A stretch of DNA of 64,000 nt. Source: Tubiluchus corallicola. Its lineage: Eukaryota; Animalia; Priapulida. The first letter of the stretch is position 1. Each line of letters opens with the position of its first letter. Both the position numbers and the translations under genes were made by a program. This document shows, in pieces, positions 62,038 through 64,000 of this stretch. The stretch spans positions 346,812-410,811 of the forward strand of contig JAQGDQ010000194.1 of assembly GCA_030141605.1 (NCBI GenBank), given 5' to 3'. Under the pieces are notes generated by a model that was given only the letters and a program-made list of their open reading frames with translations, was not told the DNA's origin and searched no databases.

Positions 62038-64000
62038 GATGGTAAGCTTGTTTCAAACCTAATAGCATATGATGCATCCATTTTCCACCCTGGGAAGAGG
62101 CCATATCTTCTCTATTGTTTTAACGTTCGATGGTCTATAGTTTACGCACATACGATAATCTCCGGGTTTCTTTTTCACAGTAATAATTGGTAACACATAA
62201 TAAGGTTCTTGGTCTTATAATGCCTGCTTCTAAAAGAGTTCAATAATAGATAGTAAATGGATGGGTGCTTGATACTGCTGACATTTAATAGATATATTGT
62301 GCAACCTAACTGCTGTGTATCTTCTACAAAGCAATCAATATTTCAAGCTATTAAATCTTTCAGCTCCTGTTGACGATTGACGGTTCTTGGCGACCCCAAT
62401 TTATGTCGTGACATCAAGATTGAGAACCCATGTTATAGACTTGTAGGTTGTTTATATAATCTAACCTCAGTGGGAGTAGTAGGTGTCACACATGCACCTT
62501 TCGGCTCTGAACATTTTGATAACTGCCCCAGGTCCTTCAAATATAATTTGTCGTGTGAAGCCCTGCCTGGTTTTCGACTCTACTGAATAACAGCTGTTAA
62601 AATGAAAATCATTAATTGAAAACTGGGATAAATGTTTCTGTACCTGCTCAGCATCATTAACTTGAAACACTTCCTGGTGTGCCACTTGAACTACAGCCAA
62701 AACTTGCCCTTATTAATTGTTATACGGTTAGAACCAGTGTTCAAAATCAGTACATGTGTATGTTTGGCTTGTACTTCAACAAGACTAGCTACTGGACAAC
62801 AAGTTTTATGTGATTTATAAAATAGTATACCATCCCCATCTTCTATTAACAAGGATTTGCCTCGTTGTGGCAGATTCTTTCTTTTCAGAACCCTAGGGCA
62901 TACTGTAACTTTATTAGTTGGAATTTGACAGTTAAAATTCGTGTGCATAAGAAAAGTTCTGGCTTTGTTTACTAACATGCAAGACTGATTTTGAAGCCTG
63001 TAAAAAGTCAGTCTAAAATTGCATTTCGAGATAGCTGTGGAGAGATGCAAAAACAAACACCGGATGTTTTTGAGCCTATTTCAACTAGTAAATTACAGTG
63101 GCCTAAAACTTCTACAGCTTGACCCGAAGCTGAGTTCAATTCACTATTGTGTGTAGATAATTTACGTTGTTGTACTGGTAATTTTTCCCAAATTTTCACA
63201 GATAGTAAACATGGTACATTATTTATATGCATATGGTACATTAGCAATTTTGACATTTGCCAAGGTCTGATTAATACGTTCCTAATTATTTATATGCATA
63301 TTTACACATTTTAGCCTGTTAAATTTAGGCTGTACTGGGCCCTGCTTAGGCACAGCTCGACTTAGTTTACCGATCACTGGTTATTACATGCTGAACCAGC
63401 TGCAGATCGCTTGTCATGAGAATTATTTGGTTGCATCTGAAATTCACCCAGGTACTTGGACAAGTATTCTGCTCAAAAATGCGAAAGTTTTGCAGTCTGA
63501 AGGTTTGAGACTGACATTGTGTATTGTTTTGAGGCTCTGTAGTATAAAATGGTCTCTGTAGAAAATTACGAAGACCAAGCCTTCTTTAGACAAAGGAATT
63601 TCTGTAACCCTGAAACAAACCAGTTCTCTGGGAGTATGATTGACTGTTTGACTCTTGTGGTTGTGGTACAGGGCTTGTAGGGGCATTATTTGATTTTAAA
63701 GGTTGGGACTTCACCTTTTCAATTAACTCTTTATAGTTTTCGTCATATCTTGTACGGTGTCATGCAACTGGTTGGTTACATTAGGGGCTGCATTTTCACA
63801 TGCTGTATCCATCTGGATTGGTTCTGGGGATGGTGATTGGGTTCTAACAGTTTTACAAATATCTTCTGCTGCCTGATCACATTGTGCAGTTTCAATAGCT
63901 ATTTCTAAATTTTCTGGCGGGCATCGAATAAGACGTTGACGAATAGTATTTAAGACTAACCCGTGATAAAAATGTCTGAGGAAACAAGTGGGTGGTTCTT
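62038..64000 (-). repeat. Right arm of the inverted duplication (runs off the window)
   Basis: Reverse complement of 57572-59534; breakpoint at 62037/62038. Confidence 0.97.

Noticed and set aside
61647-62045. 132-aa ORF ending at the inversion breakpoint
   Set aside because: No recognisable domain beyond a weak Gypsy pre-RT linker resemblance; its stop codon is supplied by the junction.

Overview
AT-rich invertebrate (metazoan) genomic DNA, with no prokaryotic features. The window lies inside one large minus-strand spliced gene that the ORF track mostly misses. Eight GT-AG exons (61066 down to 3174, 1221 nt, 407 codons, one continuous frame) encode two tandem four-exon modules, WAP - thyroglobulin type-1 - antistasin-like - Cys-rich linker, i.e. 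a multidomain protease-inhibitor-like protein; its start and stop lie outside the window. The introns are filled with mobile DNA: a full-length but defective BEL/Pao LTR retrotransposon (37190-43859), older BEL, Gypsy and LINE remnants, MITEs and Helentron-like repeats. Three observations stand out. (1) A 3.9-kb Polinton/Maverick-derived element (4498-8415; AGTAGT...ACTACT ends, 6-bp TSD TACACA) carries a packaging-ATPase relic, a spliced multi-PC4-like gene, a divergent TBP-like gene and a tRNA-like Pol III unit; a second copy ends at 1855. (2) A glycogenin N-terminal fragment sits in frame inside a BEL gag (53274-53581). (3) An apparently perfect inverted duplication of at least 1.96 kb (57572-59534 / 62038-64000) brackets a WAP exon and may be an amplification or assembly chimera. 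All protein assignments come from manual motif comparison; no searches were run.
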